From Candidatus Thorarchaeota archaeon (GTDB lineage: Archaea; Asgardarchaeota; Thorarchaeia; Thorarchaeales; Thorarchaeaceae), in the NCBI GenBank assembly GCA_046482545.1, contig JAWOEX010000021.1, positions 160,001 through 224,000 on the forward strand: DNA of 64,000 bases. The letters run 5' to 3'. Under the pieces are notes generated by a model that worked only from the letters and a program-made list of their open reading frames with translations, was not told the origin of the DNA and searched no databases. The translations under genes were made by a program, and so were the position numbers. Of this stretch, positions 1 to 9,180 are shown piece by piece (the first letter of the stretch is position 1; each line of letters starts with the position of its first letter).

Positions 1-54
1 TATAATACTGAATTTCAAAAGAAAAAGGTGCTGTTCCTTTATTGAGGTAACATA

Positions 55-480
55 ATGGACTTTCGCAGTGTCGTGAATCCGGACAATAAGAAAGAGGAAT
101 ACGAAACGATTCCACAGAGAGAGAACCGAAAGTGTATAAACTTGGCACCACTCAAGGGTATGCTTGAATCTGATCCTGTGCGCTCGAAAGTCCTGAAATT
201 GCTCATCGAAGATGGGGGATGGGTCAGCACAACTGATTTGTTGAAGGCAGCAAGAAAGACAAGACCTCTGATTGGTGCAGTAACGATTGGAACTATCCTC
301 AATAGCATCAATGAACTCGTTGCATCAAGGCTGGTGCTAAGCCGCACGTCACTCGCTTCAGGAATTGAATGGGCCGAATGGAGAATGAATCCAGATTGGC
401 TTGGACCCACTCGCAAACTTGTGCAGATGCTAAGCAGACGTCAGCGGCGAATTGACCAGCAACCAGCCAACCGTAGGTAG
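55..480 (+). CDS. Hypothetical protein, probable winged-helix DNA-binding fold
   Basis: 141-aa ORF; helix pattern 'VRSKVLKLLIEDGGWVSTTDLL...TILNSINELV...EWRMNP' resembles a wHTH with a C-terminal wing. Confidence 0.45.
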   Translation: MDFRSVVNPDNKKEEYETIPQRENRKCINLAPLKGMLESDPVRSKVLKLLIEDGGWVSTTDLLKAARKTRPLIGAVTIGTILNSINELVASRLVLSRTSLASGIEWAEWRMNPDWLGPTRKLVQMLSRRQRRIDQQPANRR

Positions 481-552
481 CCAGATAGTAACGACCACAA
501 ATAGCAATTTATCAACTATTCAGTAATTGTTTTTGTTTAAAAGATGTTCAAT

Positions 553-598
553 TTTACTCAATTATGGGTAGTTTACTTACATTGAGTAAACTATATAT
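553..598 (+). promoter_or_regulatory. Overlapping inverted repeats abutting the TATA box of the ECF S-component gene (candidate operator)
   Basis: TTTACTCAAT(553-562)/ATTGAGTAAA(581-590) and TAGTTTACT(569-577)/AGTAAACTA(585-593); TATATA at 592-597, about 25 nt before ATG 621. Confidence 0.45.
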
Positions 599-620
599 CC
601 CGGGTATTTTTCATTGAGGT

Positions 621-1250
621 ATGCAATCTGATGAATCATCCACAGAAAAGGACATTGAAGATTACGACGATTTTGTCGATAATGGCGATTTCACTCTGAG
701 GACTAAGAAGATAGCAGTCGCAGGAGTACTGGCGGCACTCTCAGTAGCAGTAGCGCCTATTGCACAAGTCATCCCCAGAATTCCCGGATGGCAGATAGCA
801 TTATTTGACCCCGTATCTATATTCTGGATTATCGCGTTCTTGATAGGGGGCATTGAGGTAGGTGTGACTAGTATGACGGTTGGTACAATCGCCTTGTTCT
901 TTTTTGATCCGTCAGCACCCATAGGACCATTGCTCAAATTTGCTGCAACAGCCCCTATGATAATCATACCGTGGCTGGGAATGAAGGTTGGAGATACTGA
1001 AACCGCTGGAAAGGGGCTCGATAATCTTAGAAATTATGCAGCGCTGATGGTCGTTGGCACTATTATCAGACTTGTCATAATGATTCCGCTGAATCTCATA
1101 ATTGTACCCCTCTTTTTTGGAATCGACAATACTGCCTTCCTGATTACATATGCTATCATATTGAACATAATCCAAGCATTTTGGGATACTGTTATCCCCT
1201 ACGGGATAGTGCACAAAACTACTCTTTTTGAAGAGTTTGGTCTCTGGTAG
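621..1250 (+). CDS. ECF transporter substrate-specific (S) component, RibU-like
   Basis: 'TKKIAVAGVLAALS' start of TM1, 'IALFDPVSIFWIIAFLIGG', about 6 TM segments. Confidence 0.7.
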   Translation: MQSDESSTEKDIEDYDDFVDNGDFTLRTKKIAVAGVLAALSVAVAPIAQVIPRIPGWQIALFDPVSIFWIIAFLIGGIEVGVTSMTVGTIALFFFDPSAPIGPLLKFAATAPMIIIPWLGMKVGDTETAGKGLDNLRNYAALMVVGTIIRLVIMIPLNLIIVPLFFGIDNTAFLITYAIILNIIQAFWDTVIPYGIVHKTTLFEEFGLW

Positions 1251-1350
1251 CTCGGATGATTCGAGGAGGGGCACCCAATAATGGTTTAATAGGGTAATCT
1301 GCCACTTCAGGTTAGCTCGGTAATCAATACGTGTTCATGAGGTTATTTGG

Positions 1351-2166
1351 ATGGTCAGACGCTGTGAATTCTGCGATAGCCCTGTCCCGGCTGATGCCAC
1401 TATCTGTCCGATTTGCCATGAAGAGATTGCAGTAGAGACTCTCGAAAGAGTCCTACCCATGCTGAAACGCCCTGAAACAGCCGAGATCAAGGCAATGGGA
1501 CCACTAAAACGACTCTACGGAATAGTCAGACGGCCTGCAACTGCGTTCAGAGACATAGCTCAGCGGCCTGATACTGTTGGTCCATTCCTAATCATTATCA
1601 TGAATGCGGCAGTTATGGCTGGCTTCTTTTTGGCTGTATCATCCAAGTTCACTGTAACTATAGTTGTAAACCAAACGTCCGGGCAAACAGGCACAAGCAG
1701 CATCCTATTCACCGACTATGGCAGCACCTTTCTTCTTTCCTCACTGCTCTCAATATTGCCGAACATATTACTAGGAATGGTATTCCTTCTGCTTGGTTCG
1801 ATTTTTGCTCATCTAGCTTTCAAGGTCACAGGGGGAAAGGGTAGCAAAGGAAAAACCGTGTCTGTTGTCGGGTATAGCATGTTTCCAGTGGTGTTGATAC
1901 GATTAGTGGGTCTGATACTGATACTGATGTTCATGCCAGCAGTTAATGTGAATAACCCTAGCACATGGAGCACCACCATTCAGCAAATCTATGATTCAGG
2001 AATGTGGCTTATTCTCGATTATTTGACAACCGCTTCATTTGTGTGGACCGGTTTCTTGCTCGTTTTTGGGATCAGGGAAGCCCACGATACGTCAACAATC
2101 TGGGCATTTGTAGTCGCAGTCCTATGCATGATTGTTTTGGGTTGGACTTTCTGGCAGGTGCACTAG
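1351..2166 (+). CDS. Zinc-ribbon + Yip1-domain membrane protein
   Basis: N-terminal CxxC-x10-CxxC; Yip1-like 'IVRRPATAFRDIA', 'KVTGGKGS...SVVGYSMFP', 'LLVFGIREAH'; about 5 TM. Confidence 0.75.
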   Translation: MVRRCEFCDSPVPADATICPICHEEIAVETLERVLPMLKRPETAEIKAMGPLKRLYGIVRRPATAFRDIAQRPDTVGPFLIIIMNAAVMAGFFLAVSSKFTVTIVVNQTSGQTGTSSILFTDYGSTFLLSSLLSILPNILLGMVFLLLGSIFAHLAFKVTGGKGSKGKTVSVVGYSMFPVVLIRLVGLILILMFMPAVNVNNPSTWSTTIQQIYDSGMWLILDYLTTASFVWTGFLLVFGIREAHDTSTIWAFVVAVLCMIVLGWTFWQVH

Positions 2167-2169
2167 GCT

Positions 2170-3105
2170 TCATAATATGATGCCGTAAAGCGGAATGATA
2201 ACAAAGGCAACCAGACCGATAAGCGCTCCAACTTTATCTAATGTGCTACCAATAAGGAGACGGCGATCATTACTTGGACCAGTAAGAGGTGTGGTTGCTG
2301 CACCAGTAACAACTGCAGCCCCGGCTATGAGGAGGAGCCATAAATCCCAACTGGCAAATCCTAAGAACCATATCAGAGAATAGCACACAACCCCGATCAT
2401 ATTCAACACTGCAGCTACTCCAGCAGCTACCTTGTACCCATAAACACGGGCCACCGTTCTGACATCTCTGAGCTTGTCGCCCTCTACATCTTCCGAGCCT
2501 TTGATAGTCTCTCGAGCTTGAAGAATCATGAAAGCAGTAAGGAAGAATAGCCACGAAGGAATTGGTATGAAAAGATGTCCTATGGCTTCGCCATAGACGA
2601 ACGAACCATAGATGATACCAAAAGCAAAGGAAAACGCCACCATGAAATTGCCTGCAAGACCAAGCTCCTTCACCTTAGAAGCATAAGCGTAGCCGACAAT
2701 CTGGAAAACGATTACGATAAGAGTGCCAAGAGGGCCATTCAGCCAGGCAAAAACAATGCCAAGCAAACCGAGAAAGACAACATACGCCCAAGCTTGTCGG
2801 ATGGTCATTCGCTTGCTCGGGAGCACTCTTTCAGGCCGATTTATTCTGTCAACTTCTACGTCAAAGATATCATTGATTACATTCCCTGCCGCTGCCACAA
2901 AGAAGTAAGTCAGGTAGCCGAAGAGAAATGTATCTGCAAATGAGATAAGGGGGGAATAAACAGGCATTGATTTGTAACCCATAGCGATACCTGCTAGAAC
3001 GGTTAAGCCACCAATGAGACAGTTCTGTGGACGAATAATCGAGATTAGAGCAATGGGGTCGAATCGGTTTGTTGAATCTGATTCGGTGATGTCATCCTCG
3101 GACAT
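2170..3105 (-). CDS. Digeranylgeranylglyceryl phosphate synthase (UbiA prenyltransferase family)
   Basis: 'NVINDIFDVEVDRINRPERVLPS' and 'RETIKGSEDVEGD' Asp-rich motifs, multi-TM. Confidence 0.85.
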   Translation of the reverse strand: MSEDDITESDSTNRFDPIALISIIRPQNCLIGGLTVLAGIAMGYKSMPVYSPLISFADTFLFGYLTYFFVAAAGNVINDIFDVEVDRINRPERVLPSKRMTIRQAWAYVVFLGLLGIVFAWLNGPLGTLIVIVFQIVGYAYASKVKELGLAGNFMVAFSFAFGIIYGSFVYGEAIGHLFIPIPSWLFFLTAFMILQARETIKGSEDVEGDKLRDVRTVARVYGYKVAAGVAAVLNMIGVVCYSLIWFLGFASWDLWLLLIAGAAVVTGAATTPLTGPSNDRRLLIGSTLDKVGALIGLVAFVIIPLYGIIL

Positions 3106-3215
3106 AGCTAACTAGTTCTCCACAAATAGCCCGAACTTGAGTTCCGATTAAAGCTTATCGGCAGGAAGTCTCCCAAAGAGTTTTCTTCAACAGATTCATA
3201 TCTCTACTGGACGTA

Positions 3216-4220
3216 CTATTCCCCGAGACCTTGAATTAACTTCTTTCCCATATCTGTCAGCGATATTAGACCTTCCTGGAGAAGAGCCGTTAATCGTTCC
3301 AAATTGATGCTATCGCCAATTGATTGCCCCAGCCTCAGCAAGCCAATCTGATTCATCTCAAATAATAGCTGTATCAGCGCTCCTAATCTGTAAATTCCAA
3401 GGATGCCAACGCATTTTGTAAGCGCTCGCTTCACTCCCTCAACAACACCTTTTCGAGGGTCATCATATTCGTTTAATGCAGACTCTATCTCTAGAAAAGT
3501 ACAACACATCGTCTTGCTGTTCTCATCAGGCGATTCCAGAAAATGACCAGGTGTCTCAAGCAGGAAAGGATTAGCCATATACTTTCGAATCTTGAATCGG
3601 GTAGATTCATCCGGTATTGAGTACCACGCATCTAAATGCTGATCCGAGAGTGGCTTGACCTCCAGACTAGAATCTGCATTAGAAGGACGCAATTGGGGTG
3701 CAGGTAAGAAAGAATGCCAGCCCGGAATCATCCGCAGGCCAGGACCATCCGTTTTGGAATGCCCTAACTCAAGGCGGCGTGCACAGTAATGCACGAGGTC
3801 ATAGACAGCGTGCCTTCTTCTGCCGCCAAGATATACGAATATCGGTTCGTAATCAGCTTCATGGGCTGGGACTGCTTGATAGTCGTATACATATACATAC
3901 TGTAAACAAGTACCTCCTCGCGGTCCCGGGAGATGCAGAACCCGTCCAAAAACACCAATGAACTCCGTTGACTTCAGAGCCTCCACAGTGGACTTGGGTA
4001 TTACTTCTCCAAGTGTCTTAACCAGATTTTGGTCACCAGTGGCAACGCCCTGCGTCAGAGGAAGGTGTTCTTGGAGAAGGTCTTGGTCATACTTCGCGTT
4101 GATACCGACTTCATGATTGTTGAAAGCCATCTTGTGCCGTTTGGGTTTCACTCGGAGGTACTCTCCAAATCGCTTCTCGACCATCTTTGTCATTTCCTGT
4201 CTAAATGGAACACTCAGCAA
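3216..4220 (-). CDS. Hypothetical protein with NPP1/Vps62-like motif
   Basis: 334-aa ORF (start may be a downstream Met); 'LQYVYVYDYQ...HEADYEPIFVYL' and a later 'GWHSF'. Confidence 0.5.
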   Translation of the reverse strand: MLSVPFRQEMTKMVEKRFGEYLRVKPKRHKMAFNNHEVGINAKYDQDLLQEHLPLTQGVATGDQNLVKTLGEVIPKSTVEALKSTEFIGVFGRVLHLPGPRGGTCLQYVYVYDYQAVPAHEADYEPIFVYLGGRRRHAVYDLVHYCARRLELGHSKTDGPGLRMIPGWHSFLPAPQLRPSNADSSLEVKPLSDQHLDAWYSIPDESTRFKIRKYMANPFLLETPGHFLESPDENSKTMCCTFLEIESALNEYDDPRKGVVEGVKRALTKCVGILGIYRLGALIQLLFEMNQIGLLRLGQSIGDSINLERLTALLQEGLISLTDMGKKLIQGLGE

Positions 4221-4279
4221 ATCACCTCACCCAATGACTCTTATGAGGGTTCGCTAGAAATTTCAAAGTAGGTGGACTC

Positions 4280-4792
4280 ATGAAAAGCTTTGAAGACCTC
4301 CCTAAGAGCGAGCTCCTCAAGATCATTGATGCTTATGCAAAGGCTTGGCAAGCAATGGACGGAGCTTATTTTCTAGCACTAGAAGACAAGTACGGAATGG
4401 ATACAGCAATTGAAATGGACAAAGAAGCATGGAAGATATTCTCACCTATCGAAGCAAAACGTATTATGAGAGAATTTGATGTTAAACAGAACGGCGGACT
4501 TGAATCTCTGAAAAAGGCTCTGGACTACCGTGTATATGCACGACTTAACAAACAATCTTCCGAGTTCACTGATGAGAACACGCTTCTTTTCAAAATGCAC
4601 GAGTGCCGAGTCCAAGTAGCACGCAAACGGAAGAACCTGCCTGAATTTCCCTGCAAACAAGTCGGCATAATTGAATACAGTTACTTTGCAGAAACAATAG
4701 ATCCTCGCATTCAAACCCGTTGCATTGCCTGTCCACCGGATGAACACCCCGATGATTGGTACTGTGCCTGGGAATTCACCTTGGAAGAGTGA
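4280..4792 (+). CDS. DUF6125-like (V4R/ATC-hydrolase-like) protein
   Basis: 'WQAMDGAYFLALEDKYGMDTA...W', 'CRVQVAR...FPCK', 'CIACPPD...WYCAWEF'. Confidence 0.7.
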   Translation: MKSFEDLPKSELLKIIDAYAKAWQAMDGAYFLALEDKYGMDTAIEMDKEAWKIFSPIEAKRIMREFDVKQNGGLESLKKALDYRVYARLNKQSSEFTDENTLLFKMHECRVQVARKRKNLPEFPCKQVGIIEYSYFAETIDPRIQTRCIACPPDEHPDDWYCAWEFTLEE

Positions 4793-5634
4793 TAGCGCTG
4801 CCTAGAATACGGTTCGGTCCTGCAGGCTATCCAAATGATGCCAACGGGAAACTCGATGAGGTTTTCCGAATCCTCTCAGAAGGAAATCTGAGCGCGCTCG
4901 AATATGCAGCTACCTATGGGCTGAGAATCGGTGAAAAGAAGGCTCAGAAGCTCGCCAGCTTGGCCAATCAGCATGACATAGCAATGAGCATGCACGGAGC
5001 ATACTACATCAATCTCGCATCGAAGAAAGAGAAGACGCGGAAACGATCAAAAGCCCGACTCGTGAAGGCTCTACGATTTGCACCCCTTATGGGCGTAAAA
5101 CGAATAGTCTTTCATCCAGGAACCTACGGTGGACTAGCACCCGAAGAAGCTTTTCTCGTCATTCGTGATGCGATGAGAGAAGCAATAGAAGAAGCAGGAC
5201 AAGAATCTGGAGATGCTGTACTAGCGCCAGAGGTTGCCGGGAAGAAGAACATGTTTGGTTCTCCGGGGCAAATCATAAGACTTTGTCAAGAAGTGAGTAC
5301 CACGATTCCATGCATTGACTGGGCCCACCTATACGCCCGAACCGGTGGTAACATAGGAGACAAAGACAGCTATTCCCAAGTACTGGATATTTTTGAAGAT
5401 GCTCTTGGGAATACTTTCACCGACAATATGCATTTTCATGTCAGTAGTATTATCTTCAACCAAAATGGGGAAAAAGCACATAGACCGCTTGGTGCTGAGT
5501 GGGGTCCAGACATATTACCATTGATAGAGCTAGTGCTGGAGAACGGTTACAAGCCGACTTTCATATCGGAGACGCCCACCCCAATCAGGGGAGCGTTATA
5601 TACAAAGATACTTTGCGATAAACTGAGTGAGTAA
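4789..5634 (+). CDS. nfo: Endonuclease IV (AP endonuclease family 2)
   Basis: 'RFGPAG', 'HGAYYINL', 'FHPG', 'PEVAGK', 'CIDWAH', 'HFH', 'ISETP'; start GTG 4789 or CTG 4798. Confidence 0.85.
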   Translation: MIALPRIRFGPAGYPNDANGKLDEVFRILSEGNLSALEYAATYGLRIGEKKAQKLASLANQHDIAMSMHGAYYINLASKKEKTRKRSKARLVKALRFAPLMGVKRIVFHPGTYGGLAPEEAFLVIRDAMREAIEEAGQESGDAVLAPEVAGKKNMFGSPGQIIRLCQEVSTTIPCIDWAHLYARTGGNIGDKDSYSQVLDIFEDALGNTFTDNMHFHVSSIIFNQNGEKAHRPLGAEWGPDILPLIELVLENGYKPTFISETPTPIRGALYTKILCDKLSE

Positions 5635-6982
5635 AAAAATGACTGAATACGCCTTTGTCCTCGGTAAGAATTGGACGCTTTCAATTGCAGAGCTTTTGGA
5701 ATATCTGACTGACAGGGGAATCGATTATGACATTGTAGACTATTCACGAACCTCCATCGTACTCGACCTTCACAGATATTTTGAACCCCGTGATCTTGGT
5801 GATATTCAGGAGGCCTTGGGTGGATGCTACAAAATCGGAAAAGTAGTATCCAGATTCAACAAGGATTTAGCAGTCAGGGCGTTCCCGGCAAAGGGGAATA
5901 TTCACAGAGATGCAAGAGGAAGGCTGCGTGAATGTCCGTGGGTCGATAGAATATGGGACAGGGTTAGGGGCAAGAAAATCAAGTTTGGTTTCAGCACATA
6001 TCCATTGGTGAACTATGAAAGTAAAATAGACCTGAAGAAGCTCACGCTAGGTCTCGATGAATGGACCAAAAGAAAGTTGACTGAGAGTGGAGCGAGAAGG
6101 GCGATCTATTACGCATACGATGAATCTAATCCCGATGACCCAGATGCACCTAATATGGCATTATGGCCTCAGACTGTTGCTGAACAGGAACTATACAAAC
6201 CACCGAATTCAGAGATACTCGTTCTTCTTACGACGAACAGAATGTACATTGCGAATACGATTGTGCTCTACGACTCGATGCTTCAGAAGTACCGCGATGA
6301 ATCTCGCCCGTATGTTGCAGCCGAAATTAGCACGAGTCCAAAAATCTGTAGGACTTTGCTGAATCTTGCAGGAGCTCGCAGGGGAGATACCGTACTCGAT
6401 CCGTTTTGTGGAACCGGTACACTGCTCATGGAGGCGGCCCTGCTAGGAATGCATGTTATAGGAATTGACTTGGATGGGAACACAGCACAAGGGGCACGAT
6501 CGAATCTTCAATGGCTTGAGAGAGACTTGGATGAAAAGATTGAGTATAGGATAATCAGGGGGGACGCCCGAAAAGCCGATAGATTGATTCAAGAGACGAT
6601 TGATGCAGTAGCTTTTGAACCAGAGCTCGGACCAGTTTTCGATAACCCACCACAACCAAAGAAAGCAAAATCCATCATCAGTGACCTCACCAAGCTCTAT
6701 ACACAGACACTCAATGCAGTAGCAATGAGACTGAGACCTAGTGGGCGCGTTGGAATGACATTGCCAGTTATCAATGCCGTAGGCAACCAAGTGAACGTGG
6801 ATGTCTATAAGATGACAGAAGGAACACCTTTTAGCGTTAAGAAAATGCTGAGACGAAGCCAGCTTGGCAGCCAAGAGAAAATCGACGAGCGTGTTAAGCT
6901 GTATCCGAACAGAGAGACACTGCCAGAGCGTAAAAGGGGGCAGGTAGTTCAGCGCGATGTGTTGATGCTCAGCAAAGACTAG
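5627..6982 (+). CDS. Trm11/TrmG10-like THUMP-type tRNA guanine methyltransferase
   Basis: 'SPKICRTLLNLAG...VLDPFCGTGTLLMEA' SAM motif, 'GDAR', 'AFEPELG'. Confidence 0.75.
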   Translation: MSKKMTEYAFVLGKNWTLSIAELLEYLTDRGIDYDIVDYSRTSIVLDLHRYFEPRDLGDIQEALGGCYKIGKVVSRFNKDLAVRAFPAKGNIHRDARGRLRECPWVDRIWDRVRGKKIKFGFSTYPLVNYESKIDLKKLTLGLDEWTKRKLTESGARRAIYYAYDESNPDDPDAPNMALWPQTVAEQELYKPPNSEILVLLTTNRMYIANTIVLYDSMLQKYRDESRPYVAAEISTSPKICRTLLNLAGARRGDTVLDPFCGTGTLLMEAALLGMHVIGIDLDGNTAQGARSNLQWLERDLDEKIEYRIIRGDARKADRLIQETIDAVAFEPELGPVFDNPPQPKKAKSIISDLTKLYTQTLNAVAMRLRPSGRVGMTLPVINAVGNQVNVDVYKMTEGTPFSVKKMLRRSQLGSQEKIDERVKLYPNRETLPERKRGQVVQRDVLMLSKD

Positions 6983-7812
6983 AAAAGGTATCTGATGACA
7001 TCGTCAACTATGGCGTAAGTCTCCAGCCGGTCCAAATCTCGCTTGACATATGGCATCGCATGTTCAAAAATCATCTGCTTGAATCTTTCCTCTCCTACTG
7101 TTTCTCTTGTAGTGGTAGCTACGACTTGGAGGATGTCTTCGAGTGCTTTTCGAAGAGTGCGATAGCCGATGTTATCTACATCTAGGCAGAATACATCTAT
7201 GCCGCTCCCATCAATCTCAATTTCGTCCAAAACATAGCTGTGTTTTCGCATGGGCTCAATTTCCCGAACAATGCGTGCCAGTAGATCCTTGCGTTTCCCC
7301 TTGTCCTCTTCCGCCTTGAGAATTGAATGATACAAATGACTGTAAACCGATAGACAATCCATTGCCTTCCCAGTTACTAATCGTTCATCACTCTGTTCAT
7401 ATTGGCTTACAAGCTCATCGATAAAGTGGCTAAAATCATTGAACTCCCCAGGTGCGCCATGCCAGTTTTTCAGTACAGAGGCGACATCCTTGCCTTCTTC
7501 CTTCATTCGCCGCTGAAACTCGTCTAAAGCGTACTTGAGAAGAAATCGCATGTGAGAAAGCCGGGTTGATTTAGAAATTACCATAACAAATAGCAGGTCA
7601 TCGTTGGCCACCCAAACATAGCGATTTCCTTCTGTATCAATCGTCTGCAGCTCCTCTGATGACGCCTTGTCGATGAAAGTATGAGTTGCTGAAAGGAACG
7701 GCGCGATGAGATCCATATCTATAGATACGTCTGAATACGCCCTTGCAACTAGGTAGCGTCCTGTTTCTCGTTCAATAAGCCAGACTCCGTGTATGTCTCT
7801 TCGCGCAGGCAA
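6979..7812 (-). CDS. Asgard longin/roadblock-like domain protein with C-terminal extension
   Basis: 'IHGVWLIERETGRYLVARAY...DLIAPFLSATHTF...LQTIDTEGNRYVW...LLFVMVI...WHG...FNDFSHFIDELV' matches the longin-like pattern common in Asgard proteomes. Confidence 0.65.
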   Translation of the reverse strand: MPARRDIHGVWLIERETGRYLVARAYSDVSIDMDLIAPFLSATHTFIDKASSEELQTIDTEGNRYVWVANDDLLFVMVISKSTRLSHMRFLLKYALDEFQRRMKEEGKDVASVLKNWHGAPGEFNDFSHFIDELVSQYEQSDERLVTGKAMDCLSVYSHLYHSILKAEEDKGKRKDLLARIVREIEPMRKHSYVLDEIEIDGSGIDVFCLDVDNIGYRTLRKALEDILQVVATTTRETVGEERFKQMIFEHAMPYVKRDLDRLETYAIVDDVIRYLF

Positions 7813-7907
7813 TGTAGACCTAACTCCGTAGGGTCAAACAATCATTTTTCAGAAATAAGGATATTCAGTTCACATCTCATTAAAATGTCAATGATTTGCT
7901 ATAATTT

Positions 7908-8960
7908 TCAATTTGTGCCTAGAGCCGAGATTTTCAGCTTTTCAACCATTTCCTTGTACCGGTTTCGTACTGTTACTTCTGTCACCCGGGCGGTTTCTGC
8001 AATTTCGAGCTGAGTGCGTCTGCTTTGTGTGAGAATTCCAGCAACATACAGTGCGGCAGCAGCCATACCTTTTGGATCCTTTCCCACGGTAAGGTGTATT
8101 TTCTTGGCTGCATTGAGAATATCAATTGCCTTCTTCTGTGTATTACCAGGCAACCTCAAGTCAGTCCCAAACCGCGAGACGTAGTCATGAGGTTGGGTGA
8201 TAATCGTGAGATTGAGATGTTGCAGAATAAGCCGAACGCAAAGGCTGATCTCTTTGCGCGTCATGTGAGTACAATCACAGACTTCTTCCAGCGGCCGCGG
8301 AACCTTGTGCACCCGACAGGCCAAATAAAGCGATGCAGCAACCATGCCAAGGATGGTTCTACCTCGTGTAAGATGCTTTCGAAGAACCTTCCGATAAATG
8401 ACTGCAGATGTCTCCCTTATTGAATATGGGATGCTAAGCTGGCTACTGATTCTTGATAGGTCCCCCATAGCAACAGCAAGATTTCGCTTATCTGAAGAGT
8501 GAACTTTAGTCCGGATTTGCCACTTCCGAAGGCGATGAATTTGTGCTCTGCGAGACGAACTAAGTTTCCTACCAGATGCGTCCACGTCCTTGTGTCCGAT
8601 TTCGGTGCTAAGTCCTTGGTCGAACTTCGTCAAGTCGCTCGGACTGCCCACACGTTGGCGTGCATCTCGCTCTTCAGTGCTGAAAGCCCTCCATTCCGGC
8701 CCGGTATCAATGGAATGGTCGGAAAGCACGAGACCACAGCTTGCACATGTCACTTCTCCACGTTGGTAATCAATGTGGACCTTTTTCGTGTTACAAGAAG
8801 GACAGATGTACTTGATTGCGTCAGTTTTATGTTCCCTTCTATTGGTCTTGGAGATGTCAGCCAGTCCAATCCTCTCCCTGGCAACCCTGTATGCAAGTAC
8901 AAGGGCTGCTGCCAGAAATGCGGGTCTATTGTACTTGGTATGTCTCAGTGAATGCATCAT
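7908..8960 (-). CDS. tfb: Transcription initiation factor IIB (TFB)
   Basis: Zn ribbon CPSC...CASCG, B-reader 'IDTGPEWRAF', two cyclin repeats, 'VTEVTVRNRYKE'. Confidence 0.95.
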   Translation of the reverse strand: MMHSLRHTKYNRPAFLAAALVLAYRVARERIGLADISKTNRREHKTDAIKYICPSCNTKKVHIDYQRGEVTCASCGLVLSDHSIDTGPEWRAFSTEERDARQRVGSPSDLTKFDQGLSTEIGHKDVDASGRKLSSSRRAQIHRLRKWQIRTKVHSSDKRNLAVAMGDLSRISSQLSIPYSIRETSAVIYRKVLRKHLTRGRTILGMVAASLYLACRVHKVPRPLEEVCDCTHMTRKEISLCVRLILQHLNLTIITQPHDYVSRFGTDLRLPGNTQKKAIDILNAAKKIHLTVGKDPKGMAAAALYVAGILTQSRRTQLEIAETARVTEVTVRNRYKEMVEKLKISALGTN

Positions 8961-9180
8961 GTAAAGGAGTTTTTAATGCATAACTAGTATGCGGAACCTG
9001 TACTGGCTCAAACATGAGAAAATGAAATAAAGCTTTCTACAAATTATCTAGAGTACTTAATGTATATCTAATTAAACTCACTTATATTTGAAATTCAATT
9101 GCTCTATGAAAAGTGGGGAAACAGTTCAGCAAACACTTACAGCGCTTGATTTATGAGCGGAAACAAAAGAAGAGGAACAC

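Noticed and set aside
1262-1276. GAGGAGGG(G)CACC shared with about 22463-22474
   Set aside because: Only about 12 bp in two copies, in different structural contexts; compatible with chance
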